The notes below the pieces were generated by a model, which worked only from the letters and a program-made list of their open reading frames with translations, had not been told where the DNA came from and did not search any database. The position numbers were made by a program, and so were the translations under genes. This document shows, piece by piece, positions 11,801 to 25,800 of a stretch of 64,000 bases of DNA. Source of the DNA: Auanema rhodensis (taxonomy: Eukaryota; Animalia; Nematoda); contig CAXKVF010000073.1 of assembly GCA_964057225.1 (NCBI GenBank), positions 62,001 through 126,000 on the forward strand. The letters run 5' to 3'. How positions within the stretch are numbered: the first letter of the stretch is position 1; each line of letters begins with the position of its first letter.

Positions 11801-14318
11801 GCGAGTTACGTACCAAGTGCACATCACGTGTACATTTAATTAGCATAAATTAAAGTTCACGTAAATTTCAAAGTCATGGTTACCATGCACCAATATCAAT
11901 AAAAATTTGTTTTTAGACTAATATGGACATGGGGAATCTAATTTTGAAAACCGCATCTCTTTATCTTTCACGTGAAGCGAGTTACATACCAAGTGCACAT
12001 CACGTGTACATTTAATTAGCATAAATTAAAGTTCACGTAAATTTCAAAGTCATGGTTACCATGCACCAATATCAATAAAAATTTGTTTTTAGACTAATAT
12101 GGACATGGGGAATCTAATTTTGAAAACCGCATCTTTTTATCTTTCACGTGAAGCGAGTTACATACCAAGTGCACATCACGTGTACATTTAATTAGCATAA
12201 ATTAAAGTTCACGTAAATTTCAAAGTCATGGTTACCATGCACCAATATCAATAAAAATTTGTTTTTAGACTAATATGGACATGGGGAATCTAATTTTGAA
12301 AACCGCATCTCTTTATCTTTCACGTGAAGCGAGTTACATACCAAGTGCACATCACGTGTACATTTAATTAGCATAAATTAAAGTTCACGTAAATTTCAAA
12401 GTCATGGTTACCATGAACCAATATCAATAAAAATTTGTTTTTAGACTAATATGGACATGGGGAATCTAATTTTGAAAACCGCATCTCTTTATCTTTCACG
12501 TGAAGCGAGTTACATACCAAGTGCACATCACGTGTACATTTAATTAGCATAAATTAAAGTTCACGTAAATTTCAAAGTCATGGTTACCATGCACCAATAT
12601 CAATAAAAATTTGTTTTTAGACTAATATGGACATGGGGAATCTAATTTTGAAAACCGCATCTCTTTATCTTTCACGTGAAGCGAGTTACATACCAAGTGC
12701 ACATCACGTGTACATTTAATTAGCATAAATTAAAGTTCACGTAAATTTCAAAGTCATGGTTACCATGAACCAATATCAATAAAAATTTGTTTTTAGACTA
12801 ATATGGACATGGGGAATCTAATTTTGAAAACTGCATCTCTTCATCTTTCACGTGAAGCGAGTTACATACCAAGTGCACATCACGTGTACATTTAATTAGC
12901 ATAAATTAAAGTTCACGTAAATTTCAAAGTCATGGTTACCATGCACCAATATCAATAAAAATTTGTTTTTAGACTAATATGGACATGGGGAATCTAATTT
13001 TGAAAACCGCATCTCTTTATCTTTCACGTGAAGCGAGTTACATACCAAGTGCACATCACGTGTACATTTAATTAGCATAAATTAAAGTTCACGTAAATTT
13101 CAAAGTCATGGTTACCATGAAGCAATATCAATAAAAATTTGTTTTTAGACTAATATGGACATGGGGAATCTAATTTTGAAAACCGCATCTCTTTATCTTT
13201 CACGTGAAGCGAGTTACATACCAAGTGCACATCACGTGTACATTTAATTAGCATAAATTAAAGTTCACGTAAATTTCAAAGTCATGGTTACCATGAACCA
13301 ATATCAATAAAAATTTGTTTTTAGACTAATATGGACATGGGGAATCTAATTTTGAAAACCGCATCTCTTCATCTTTCACGTGAAGCGAGTTACATACCAA
13401 GTGCACATCACGTGTACATTTAATTAGCATAAATTAAAGTTCACGTAAATTTCAAAGTCATGGTTGCCATGAACCAATATCAATAAAAATTTGTTTTTAG
13501 ACTAATATGGACATGGGAAATCTAATTTTGAAAACCGCATCTCTTTATCTTCCACGTGAAGCGAGTTACATACCAAGTGCACATCACGTGTACATTTAAT
13601 TAGCATAAATTAAAGTTCACGTAAATTTCAAAGTCATGGTTACCATGCACCAATATCAATAAAAATTTGTTTTTAGACTAATATGGACATGGGGAATCTA
13701 ATTTTGAGAACCGCATCTTTTTATCTTTCACGTGAAGCGAGTTACATACCAAGTGCACATCACGTGTACATTTAATTAGCATAAATTAAAGTTCACGTAA
13801 ATTTCAAAGTCATGGTTACCATGCACCAATATCAATAAAAATTTGTTTTTAGACTAATATGGACATGGGGAATCTAATTTTGAAAACCGCATCTCTTTAT
13901 CTTTCACGTGAAGCGAGTTACATACCAAGTGCACATCACGTGTACATTTAATTTGCATAAATTAAAGTTCACGTAAATTTCAAAGTCATGGTTACCATGA
14001 AGCAATATCAATAAAAATTTGTTTTTAGACTAATATGGACATGGGGAATCTAATTTTGAAAACCGCATCTCTTTATCTTTCACGTGAAGCGAGTTACATA
14101 CCAAGTGCACATCACGTGTACATTTAATTAGCATAAATTAAAGTTCACGTAGATTTCAAAGTCATGGTTACCATGAACCAATATCAATAAAAATTTGTTT
14201 TTAGACTAATATGGACATGGGGAATCTAATTTTGAAAACCGCATCTCTTTATCTTTCACGTGAAGCGAGTTACATACCAAGTGCACATCACGTGTACATT
14301 TAATTAGCATAAATTAAA

Positions 14319-16958
14319 GTTCACGTAGATTTCAAAGTCATGGTTACCATGAACCAATATCAATAAAAATTTGTTTTTAGACTAATATGGACATGGGGAA
14401 TCTAATTTTGAAAACCGCATCTCTTTATCTTTCACGTGAAGCGAGTTACATACCAAGTGCACATCACGTGTACATTTAATTAGCATAAATTAAAGTTCAC
14501 TTAAATTTCAAAGTCATGGTTACCATGCACCAATATCAATAAAAATTTGTTTTTAGACTAATATGGACATGGGGAATCTAATTTTGAAAACCGCATCTCT
14601 TTATCTTTCATGTGAAGCGAGTTACATACCAAGTGCACATCACGTGTACATTTAATTAGCATAAATTAAAGTTCACGTAAATTTCAAAGTCATGGTTACC
14701 ATGAACCAATATCAATAAAAATTTGTTTTTAGACTAATATGGACATGGGGAATCTAATTTTGAAAACCGTATCTCTTTATCTTTCACGTGAAGCGAGTTA
14801 CATACCAAGTGCACATCACGTGTACATTTAATTAGCATAAATTAAAGTTCACGTAAAATTCAAAGTCATGGTTACCATGAACCAATATCAATAAAAATTT
14901 GTTTTTAGACTAATATGGACATGGGGAATCTAATTTTGAAAACCGCATCTCTTTATCTTTCACGTGAAGCGAGTTACATACCAAGTGCACATCACGTGTA
15001 CATTTAATTAGCATAAATTAAAGTTCACGTAAATTTCAAAGTCATGGTTACCATGAACCAATATCAATAAAAATTTGTTTTTAGACTAATATGGACATGG
15101 GGAATCTAATTTTGAAAACCGCATCTCTTTATCTTTCACGTGAAGCGAGTTACATACCAAGTGCACATCACGTGTACATTTAATTAGCATAAATTAAAGT
15201 TCACGTAAATTTCAAAGTCATGGTTACCATGAACCAATATCAATAAAAATTTGTTTTTAGACTAATATGGACATGGGGAATCTAATTTTGGAAACCGCAT
15301 CTCTTTATCTTTCACGTGAAGCGAGTTACATACCAAGTGCACATCACGTGTACATTTAATTAGCATAAATTAAAGTTCACGTAAATTTCAAAGTCATGGT
15401 TACCATGAAGCAATATCAATAAAAATTTGTTTTTAGACTAATATGGACATGGGGAATCTAATTTTGAAAACCGCATCTCTTTATCTTTCACGTGAAGCGA
15501 GTTACATACCAAGTGCACATCACGTGTACATTTAATTAGCATAAATTAAAGTTCACGTAAATTTCAAAGTCATGGTTACCATGCACCAATATCAATAAAA
15601 ATTTGTTTTTAGACTAATATGGACATGGGGAATCTAATTTTGAAAACCGCATCTCTTTATCTTTCACGTGAAGCGAGTTACATACCAAGTGCACATCACG
15701 TGTACATTTAATTAGCATAAATTAAAGTTCACGTAGATTTCAAAGTCATGGTTACCATGAACCAATATCAATAAAAATTTGTTTTTAGACTAATATGGAC
15801 ATGGGGAATCTAATTTTGAAAACCGCATCTCTTTTTCTTTCACGTGAAGCGAGTTACATACCAAGTGCACATCACGTGTACATTTAATTAGCATAAATTA
15901 AAGTTCACTTAAATTTCAAAGTCATGGTTACCATGCACCAATATCAATAAAAATTTGTTTTTAGACTAATATGGACATGGGGAATCTAATTTTGAAAACC
16001 GCATCTCTTTATCTTTCATGTGAAGCGAGTTACATACCAAGTGCACATCACGTGTACATTTAATTAGCATAAATTAAAGTTCACGTAAATTTCAAAGTCA
16101 TGGTTACCATGAACCAATATCAATAAAAATTTGTTTTTAGACTAATATGGACATGGGGAATCTAATTTTGAAAACCGTATCTCTTTATCTTTCACGTGAA
16201 GCGAGTTACATACCAAGTGCACATCACGTGTACATTTAATTAGCATAAATTAAAGTTCACGTAAAATTCAAAGTCATGGTTACCATGAACCAATATCAAT
16301 AAAAATTTGTTTTTAGACTAATATGGACATGGGGAATCTAATTTTGAAAACCGCATCTCTTTATCTTTCACGTGAAGCGAGTTACATACCAAGTGCACAT
16401 CACGTGTACATTTAATTAGCATAAATTAAAGTTCACGTAAATTTCAAAGTCATGGTTACCATGAACCAATATCAATAAAAATTTGTTTTTAGACTAATAT
16501 GGACATGGGGAATCTAATTTTGAAAACCGCATCTCTTTATCTTTCACGTGAAGCGAGTTACATACCAAGTGCACATCACGTGTACATTTAATTAGCATAA
16601 ATTAAAGTTCACGTAAATTTCAAAGTCATGGTTACCATGAACCAATATCAATAAAAATTTGTTTTTAGACTAATATGGACATGGGGAATCTAATTTTGGA
16701 AACCGCATCTCTTTATCTTTCACGTGAAGCGAGTTACATACCAAGTGCACATCACGTGTACATTTAATTAGCATAAATTAAAGTTCACGTAAATTTCAAA
16801 GTCATGGTTACCATGAAGCAATATCAATAAAAATTTGTTTTTAGACTAATATGGACATGGGGAATCTAATTTTGAAAACCGCATCTCTTTATCTTTCACG
16901 TGAAGCGAGTTACATACCAAGTGCACATCACGTGTACATTTAATTAGCATAAATTAAA
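14319..16958 (+). repeat. 8-monomer-period (1408 bp) block duplication
   Basis: Ordered markers GTAGAT, CACTTAA+CATGTG, CCGTAT, GTAAAATT, TTGGAAA and a G-type unit recur 1408 bp apart (e.g. 14501/15909). Confidence 0.9.
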
Positions 16959-19070
16959 GTTCACGTAAATTTCAAAGTCATGGTTACCATGAACCAATAT
17001 CAATAAAAATTTGTTTTTAGACTAATATGGACATGGGGAATCTAATTTTGAAAACCGCATCTCTTTATCTTTCACGTGAAGCGAGTTACATACCAAGTGC
17101 ACATCACGTGTACATTTAATTAGCATAAATTAAAGTTCACGTAAAATTCAAAGTCATGGTTACCATGCACCAATATCAATAAAAATTTGTTTTTAGACTA
17201 ATATGGACATGGGGAATCTAATTTTGAAAACCGCATCTCTTTATCTTTCACGTGAAGCGAGTTACATACCAAGTGCACATCACGTGTACATTTAATTAGC
17301 ATAAATTAAAGTTCACGTAAATTTCAAAGTCATGGTTACCATGAAGCAATATCAATAAAAATTTGTTTTTAGACTAATATGGACATGGGGAATCTAATTT
17401 TGAAAACCGCATCTCTTTATCTTTCACGTGGAGCGAGTTACATACCAAGTGCACATCACGTGTACATTTAATTAGCATAAATTAAAGTTCACGTAAATTT
17501 CAAAGTCATGGTTACCATGAAGCAATATCAATAAAAATTTGGTTTTAGACTAATATGGACATGGGGAATCTAATTTTGAAAACCGCATCTCTTTATCTTT
17601 CACGTGAAGCGAGTTACATACCAAGTGCACATCACGTGTACATTTAATTAGCATAAATTAAAGTTCACGTAAATTTCAAAGTCATGGTTACCATGAACCA
17701 ATATCAATAAAAATTTGTTTTTAGACTAATATGGACATGGGGAATCTAATTTTGAAAACCGCATCTCTTTATCTTTCACGTGAAGCGAGTTACATACCAA
17801 GTGCACATCACGTGTACATTTAATTAGCATAAATTAAAGTTCACGTAAATTTCAAAGTCATGGTTACCATGAAGCAATATCAATAAAAATTTGTTTTTAG
17901 ACTAATATGGACATGGGGAATCTAATTTTGAAAACCGCATCTCTTTATCTTTCACGTGAAGCGAGTTACATACCAAGTGCACATCACGTGTACATTTAAT
18001 TAGCATAAATTAGAGTTCACGTAAATTTCAAAGTCATGGTTACCATGAACCAATATCAATAAAAATTTGTTTTTAGACTAATATGGACATGGGGAATCTA
18101 ATTTTGAAAACCGCATCTCTTTATCTTTCACGTGAAGCGAGTTACATACCAAGTGCACATCACGTGTACATTTAATTAGCATAAATTAAAGTTCACGTAA
18201 ATTTCAAAGTCATGGTTACCATGAACCAATATCAATAAAAATTTGTTTTTAGACTAATATGGACATGGGGAATCTAATTTTGAAAACCGCATCTCTTTAT
18301 CTTTCACGTGAAGCGAGTTACATACCAAGTGCACATCACGTGTACATTTAATTAGCATAAATTAAAGTTCACGTAAATTTCAAAGTCATGGTTACCATGA
18401 ACCAATATCAATAAAAATTTGTTTTTAGACTAATATGGACATGGGGAATCTAATTTTGAAAACCGCATCTTTTTATCTTTCACGTGAAGCGAGTTACATA
18501 CCAAGTGCACATCACGTGTACATTTAATTAGCATAAATTAAAGTTCACGTAAACTTCAAAGTCATGGTTACCATGAAGCAATATCAATAAAAATTTGTTT
18601 TTAGACTAATATGGACATGGGGAATCTAATTTCGAAAACCGCATCTCTTTATCTTTCACGTGAAGCGAGTTACATACCAAGTGCACATCACGTGTACATT
18701 TAATTAGCATAAATTAAAGTTCACGTAAATTTCAAAGTCATGGTTACCATGAACCAATATCAATAAAAATTTGTTTTTAGACTAATATGGACATGGGGAA
18801 TCTAATTTTGAAAACCGCATCTCTTTATCTTTCTTGTGAAGCGAGTTACATACCAAGTGCACATCACGTGTACATTTAATTAGCATAAATTAAAGTTCAC
18901 GTAAATTTCAAAGTCATGGTTACCATGCACCAATATCAATAAAAATTTGTTTTTAGACTAATATGGACATGGGGAATCTAATTTTGAAAACCGCATCTCT
19001 TTATCTTTCACGTGAAGCGAGTTACATACCAAGTGCACATCACGTGTACATTTAATTAGCATAAATTAAA

Positions 19071-21534
19071 GTTCACGTAAATTTCAAAGTCATGGTTACC
19101 ATGAACCAATATCAATAAAAATTTGTTTTTAGACTAATATGGACATGGGGAATCTAATTTTGAAAACCGCATCTCTTTATCTTTCACGTGAAGCGAGTTA
19201 CATACCAAGTGCACATCACATGTACATTTAATTAGCATAAATTAAAGTTCACGTAAATTTCAAAGTCATGGTTACCATGAACCAATATCAATAAAAATTT
19301 GTTTTTAGACTAATATGGACATGGGGAATCTAATTTTGAAAACCGCATCTCTTTATCTTTCACGTGAAGCGAGTTACATACCAAGTGCACATCACGTGTA
19401 CATTTAATTAGCATAAATTAAAGTTCACGTAAATTTCAAAGTCATGGTTACCATGCACCAATATCAATAAAAATTTGTTTTTAGACTAATATGGACATGG
19501 GGAATCTAATTTTGAAAACCGCATCTCTTTATCTTTCACGTGAAGCGAGTTACATACCAAGTGCACATCACGTGTACATTTAATTAGCATAAATTAAAGT
19601 TCACGTAAATTTCAAAGTCATGGTTACCATGAACCAATATCAATAAAAATTTGTTTTTAGACTAATATGGACATGGGGAATCTAATTTTGAAAACCGCAT
19701 CTCTTTATCTTTCACGTGAAGCGAGTTACATACCAAGTGCACATCACGTGTACATTTAATTAGCATAAATTAAAGTTCACGTAAATTTCAAAGTCATGGT
19801 TACCATGCACCAATATCAATAAAAATTTGTTTTTAGACTAATATGGACATGGGGAATCTAATTTTGAAAACCGCATCTCTTTATCTTTCACGTGAAGCGA
19901 GTTACATACCAAGTGCACATCACGTGTACATTTAATTAGCATAAATTAAAGTTCACGTAAATTTCAAAGTCATGGTTACCATGAACCAATATCAATAAAA
20001 ATTTGTTTTTAGACTAATATGGACATGGGGAATCTAATTTTGAAAACCGCATCTCTTTATCTTTCACGTGAAGCGAGTTACATACCAAGTGCACATCACG
20101 TGTACATTTAATTAACATAAATTAAAGTTCACGTAAAATTCAAAGTCATGGTTACCATGCACCAATATCAATAAAAATTTGTTTTTAGACTAATATGGAC
20201 ATGGGGAATCTAATTTTGAAAACCGCATCTCTTTATCTTTCACGTGAAGCGAGTTACATACCAAGTGCACATCACGTGTACATTTAATTAGCATAAATTA
20301 AAGTTCACGTAAATTTCAAAGTCATGGTTACCATGAACCAATATCAATAAAAATTTGTTTTTAGACTAATATGGACATGGGGAATCTAATTTTGAAAACC
20401 GCATCTCTTTATCTTTCACGTGAAGCGAGTTACATACCAAGTGCACATCACATGTACATTTAATTAGCATAAATTAAAGTTCACGTAAATTTCAAAGTCA
20501 TGGTTACCATGAACCAATATCAATAAAAATTTGTTTTTAGACTAATATGGACATGGGGAATCTAATTTTGAAAACCGCATCTCTTTATCTTTCACGTGAA
20601 GCGAGTTACATACCAAGTGCACATCACGTGTACATTTAATTAGCATAAATTAAAGTTCACGTAAATTTCAAAGTCATGGTTACCATGCACCAATATCAAT
20701 AAAAATTTGTTTTTAGACTAATATGGACATGGGGAATCTAATTTTGAAAACCGCATCTCTTTATCTTTCACGTGAAGCGAGTTACATACCAAGTGCACAT
20801 CACGTGTACATTTAATTAGCATAAATTAAAGTTCACGTAAATTTCAAAGTCATGGTTACCATGAACCAATATCAATAAAAATTTGTTTTTAGACTAATAT
20901 GGACATGGGGAATCTAATTTTGAAAACCGCATCTCTTTATCTTTCACGTGAAGCGAGTTACATACCAAGTGCACATCACGTGTACATTTAATTAGCATAA
21001 ATTAAAGTTCACGTAAATTTCAAAGTCATGGTTACCATGCACCAATATCAATAAAAATTTGTTTTTAGACTAATATGGACATGGGGAATCTAATTTTGAA
21101 AACCGCATCTCTTTATCTTTCACGTGAAGCGAGTTACATACCAAGTGCACATCACGTGTACATTTAATTAGCATAAATTAAAGTTCACGTAAATTTCAAA
21201 GTCATGGTTACCATGAACCAATATCAATAAAAATTTGTTTTTAGACTAATATGGACATGGGGAATCTAATTTTGAAAACCGCATCTCTTTATCTTTCACG
21301 TGAAGCGAGTTACATACCAAGTGCACATCACGTGTACATTTAATTAACATAAATTAAAGTTCACGTAAAATTCAAAGTCATGGTTACCATGCACCAATAT
21401 CAATAAAAATTTGTTTTTAGACTAATATGGACATGGGGAATCTAATTTTGAAAACCGCATCTCTTTATCTTTCACGTGAAGCGAGTTACATACCAAGTGC
21501 ACATCACGTGTACATTTAATTAGCATAAATTAAA
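19071..21534 (+). repeat. 7-monomer (1232 bp) tandem block duplication
   Basis: CACATG at 19220/20452. TTAACAT at 20115/21347. GTAAAATT in units 20127/21359. Type order A,A,C,A,C,A,C occurs twice. Confidence 0.9.
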
Positions 21535-22274
21535 GTTCACGTAAATTTCAAAGTCATGGTTACCATGAACCAATATCAATAAAAATTTGTTTTTAGACTA
21601 ATATGGACATGGGGAATCTAATTTTGAAAACCGCATCTCTTTATCTTTCACGTGAAGCGAGTTACATACCAAGTGCACATCACGTGTACATTTAATTAGC
21701 ATAAATTAAAGTTCACGTAAATTTCAAAGTCATGGTTACCATGAACCAATATCAATAAAAATTTGTTTTTAGACTAATATGGACATGGGGAATCTAATTT
21801 TGAAAACCGCATCTCTTTATCTTTCACGTGAAGCGAGTTACATACCAAGTGCACATCACGTGTACATTTAATTAGCATAAATTAAAGTTCACGTAAATTT
21901 CAAAGTCATGGTTACCATGAAGCAATATCAATAAAAATTTGTTTTTAGACTAATATGGACATGGGGAATCTAATTTTGAAAACCGCATCTCTTTATCTTT
22001 CACGTGAAGCGAGTTACATACCAAGTGCACATCACGTGTACATTTAATTAGCATAAATTAAAGTTCACGTAAATTTCAAAGTCATGGTTACCATGAACCA
22101 ATATCAATAAAAATTTGTTTTTAGACTAATATGGACATGGGGAATCTAATTTTGAAAACCGCATCTCTTTATCTTTCACGTGAAGCGAGTTACATACCAA
22201 GTGCACATCACGTGTACATTTAATTAGCATAAATTAAAGTTCACGTAAATTTCAAAGTCATGGTTACCATGAAC

Positions 22275-25200
22275 CAATATCAATAAAAATTTGTTTTTAG
22301 ACTAATATGGACATGGGGAATCTAATTTTGGAAACCGCATCTCTTTATCTTTCACGTGAAGCGAGTTACATACCAAGTGCACATCACGTGTACATTTAAT
22401 TAGCATAAATTAAAGTTCACGTAAATTTCAAAGTCATGGTTACCATGAAGCAATATCAATAAAAATTTGTTTTTAGACTAATATGGACATGGGGAATCTA
22501 ATTTTGAAAACCGCATCTCTTTATCTTTCACGTGAAGCGAGTTACATACCAAGTGCACATCACGTGTACATTTAATTAGCATAAATTAAAGTTCACGTAA
22601 ATTTCAAAGTCATGGTTACCATGAACCAATATCAATAAAAATTTGTTTTTAGACTAATATGGACATGGGGAATCTAATTTTGAAAACCGCATCTCTTTAT
22701 CTTTCACGTGAAGCGAGTTACATACCAAGTGCACATCACGTGTACATTTAATTAGCATAAATTAAAGTTCACGTAAAATTCAAAGTCATGGTTACCATGC
22801 ACCAATATCAATAAAAATTTGTTTTTAGACTAATATGGACATGGGGAATCTAATTTTGAAAACCGCATCTATTTATCTTTCACGTGAAGCGAGTTACATA
22901 CCAAGTGCACATCACGTGTACATTTAATTAGCATAAATTAAAGTTCACGTAAATTTCAAAGTCATGGTTACCATGAAGCAATATCAATAAAAATTTGTTT
23001 TTAGACTAATATGGACATGGGGAATCTAATTTTGAAAACCGCATCTCTTTATCTTTCACGTGAAGCGAGTTACATACCAAGTGCACATCACGTGTACATT
23101 TAATTAGCATAAATTAAAGTTCACGTAAATTTCAAAGTCATGGTTACCATGAAGCAATATCAATAAAAATTTGGTTTTAGACTAATATGGACATGGGGAA
23201 TCTAATTTTGAAAACCGCATCTCTTTATCTTTCACGTGAAGCGAGTTACATACCAAGTGCACATCACGTGTACATTTAATTAGCATAAATTAAAGTTCAC
23301 GTAAATTTCAAAGTCATGGTTACCATGAACCAATATCAATAAAAATTTGTTCTTAGACTAATATGGACATGGGGAATCTAATTTTGAAAACCGCATCTCT
23401 TTATCTTTCACGTGAAGCGAGTTACATACCAAGTGCACATCACGTGTACATTTAATTAGCATAAATTAAAGTTCACGTAAATTTCAAAGTCATGGTTACC
23501 ATGAAGCAACATCAATAAAAATTTGTTTTTAGACTAATATGGACATGGGGAATCTAATTTTGAAAACCGCATCTCTTTATCTTTCACGTGAAGCGAGTTA
23601 CATACCAAGTGCACATCACGTGTACATTTAATTAGCATAAATTAAAGTTCACGTAAATTTCAAAGTCATGGTTACCATGAACCAATATCAATAAAAATTT
23701 GTTTTTAGACTAATATGGACATGAGGAATCTAATTTTGAAAACCGCATCTCTTTATCTTTCACGTGAAGCGAGTTACATACCAAGTGCACATCACGTGTA
23801 CATTTAATTAGCATAAATTAAAGTTCACGTAAATTTCAAAGTCATGGTTACCATGAACCAATATCAATAAAAATTTGTTTTTAGACTAATATGGACATGG
23901 GGAATCTAATTTTGAAAACCGCATCTCTTTATCTTTCACGTGAAGCGAGTTACATACCAAGTGCACATCACGTGTACATTTAATTAGCATAAATTAAAGT
24001 TCACGTAAACTTCAAAGTCATGGTTACCATGAAGCAATATCAATAAAAATTTGTTTTTAGACTAATATGGACATGGGGAATCTAATTTTGGAAACCGCAT
24101 CTCTTTATCTTTCACGTGAAGCGAGTTACATACCAAGTGCACATCACGTGTACATTTAATTAGCATAAATTAAAGTTCACGTAAATTTCAAAGTCATGGT
24201 TACCATGAAGCAATATCAATAAAAATTTGTTTTTAGACTAATATGGACATGGGGAATCTAATTTTGAAAACCGCATCTCTTTATCTTTCACGTGAAGCGA
24301 GTTACATACCAAGTGCACATCACGTGTACATTTAATTAGCATAAATTAAAGTTCACGTAAATTTCAAAGTCATGGTTACCATGAACCAATATCAATAAAA
24401 ATTTGTTTTTAGACTAATATGGACATGGGGAATCTAATTTTGAAAACCGCATCTCTTTATCTTTCACGTGAAGCGAGTTACATACCAAGTGCACATCACG
24501 TGTACATTTAATTAGCATAAATTAAAGTTCACGTAAAATTCAAAGTCATGGTTACCATGCACCAATATCAATAAAAATTTGTTTTTAGACTAATATGGAC
24601 ATGGGGAATCTAATTTTGAAAACCGCATCTATTTATCTTTCACGTGAAGCGAGTTACATACCAAGTGCACATCACGTGTACATTTAATTAGCATAAATTA
24701 AAGTTCACGTAAATTTCAAAGTCATGGTTACCATGAAGCAATATCAATAAAAATTTGTTTTTAGACTAATATGGACATGGGGAATCTAATTTTGAAAACC
24801 GCATCTCTTTATCTTTCACGTGAAGCGAGTTACATACCAAGTGCACATCACGTGTACATTTAATTAGCATAAATTAAAGTTCACGTAAATTTCAAAGTCA
24901 TGGTTACCATGAAGCAATATCAATAAAAATTTGGTTTTAGACTAATATGGACATGGGGAATCTAATTTTGAAAACCGCATCTCTTTATCTTTCACGTGAA
25001 GCGAGTTACATACCAAGTGCACATCACGTGTACATTTAATTAGCATAAATTAAAGTTCACGTAAATTTCAAAGTCATGGTTACCATGAACCAATATCAAT
25101 AAAAATTTGTTCTTAGACTAATATGGACATGGGGAATCTAATTTTGAAAACCGCATCTCTTTATCTTTCACGTGAAGCGAGTTACATACCAAGTGCACAT

Positions 25201-25800
25201 CACGTGTACATTTAATTAGCATAAATTAAAGTTCACGTAAATTTCAAAGTCATGGTTACCATGAAGCAACATCAATAAAAATTTGTTTTTAGACTAATAT
25301 GGACATGGGGAATCTAATTTTGAAAACCGCATCTCTTTATCGTTCACGTGAAGCGAGTTACATACCAAGTGCACATCACGTGTACATTTAATTAGCATAA
25401 ATTAAAGTTCACGTAAATTTCAAAGTCATGGTTACCATGAACCAATATCAATAAAAATTTGTTTTTAGACTAATATGGACATGAGGAATCTAATTTTGAA
25501 AACCGCATCTCTTTATCTTTCACGTGAAGCGAGTTACATACCAAGTGCACATCACGTGTACATTTAATTAGCATAAATTAAAGTTCACGTAAATTTCAAA
25601 GTCATGGTTACCATGAACCAATATCAATAAAAATTTGTTTTTAGACTAATATGGACATGGGGAATCTAATTTTGAAAACCGCATCTCTTTATCTTTCACG
25701 TGAAGCGAGTTACATACCAAGTGCACATCACGTGTACATTTAATTAGCATAAATTAAAGTTCACGTAAACTTCAAAGTCATGGTTACCATGAAGCAATAT
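22275..25800 (+). repeat. 10-monomer (1760 bp) tandem block duplication
   Basis: TTGGAAA, GTAAAATT+TCTATTT, TTGGTTTT, GTTCTTAG, GCAACAT, ATGAGG and AAACTTC all recur 1760 bp apart (e.g. 22871/24631, 23724/25484). Boundaries are approximate. Confidence 0.92.
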
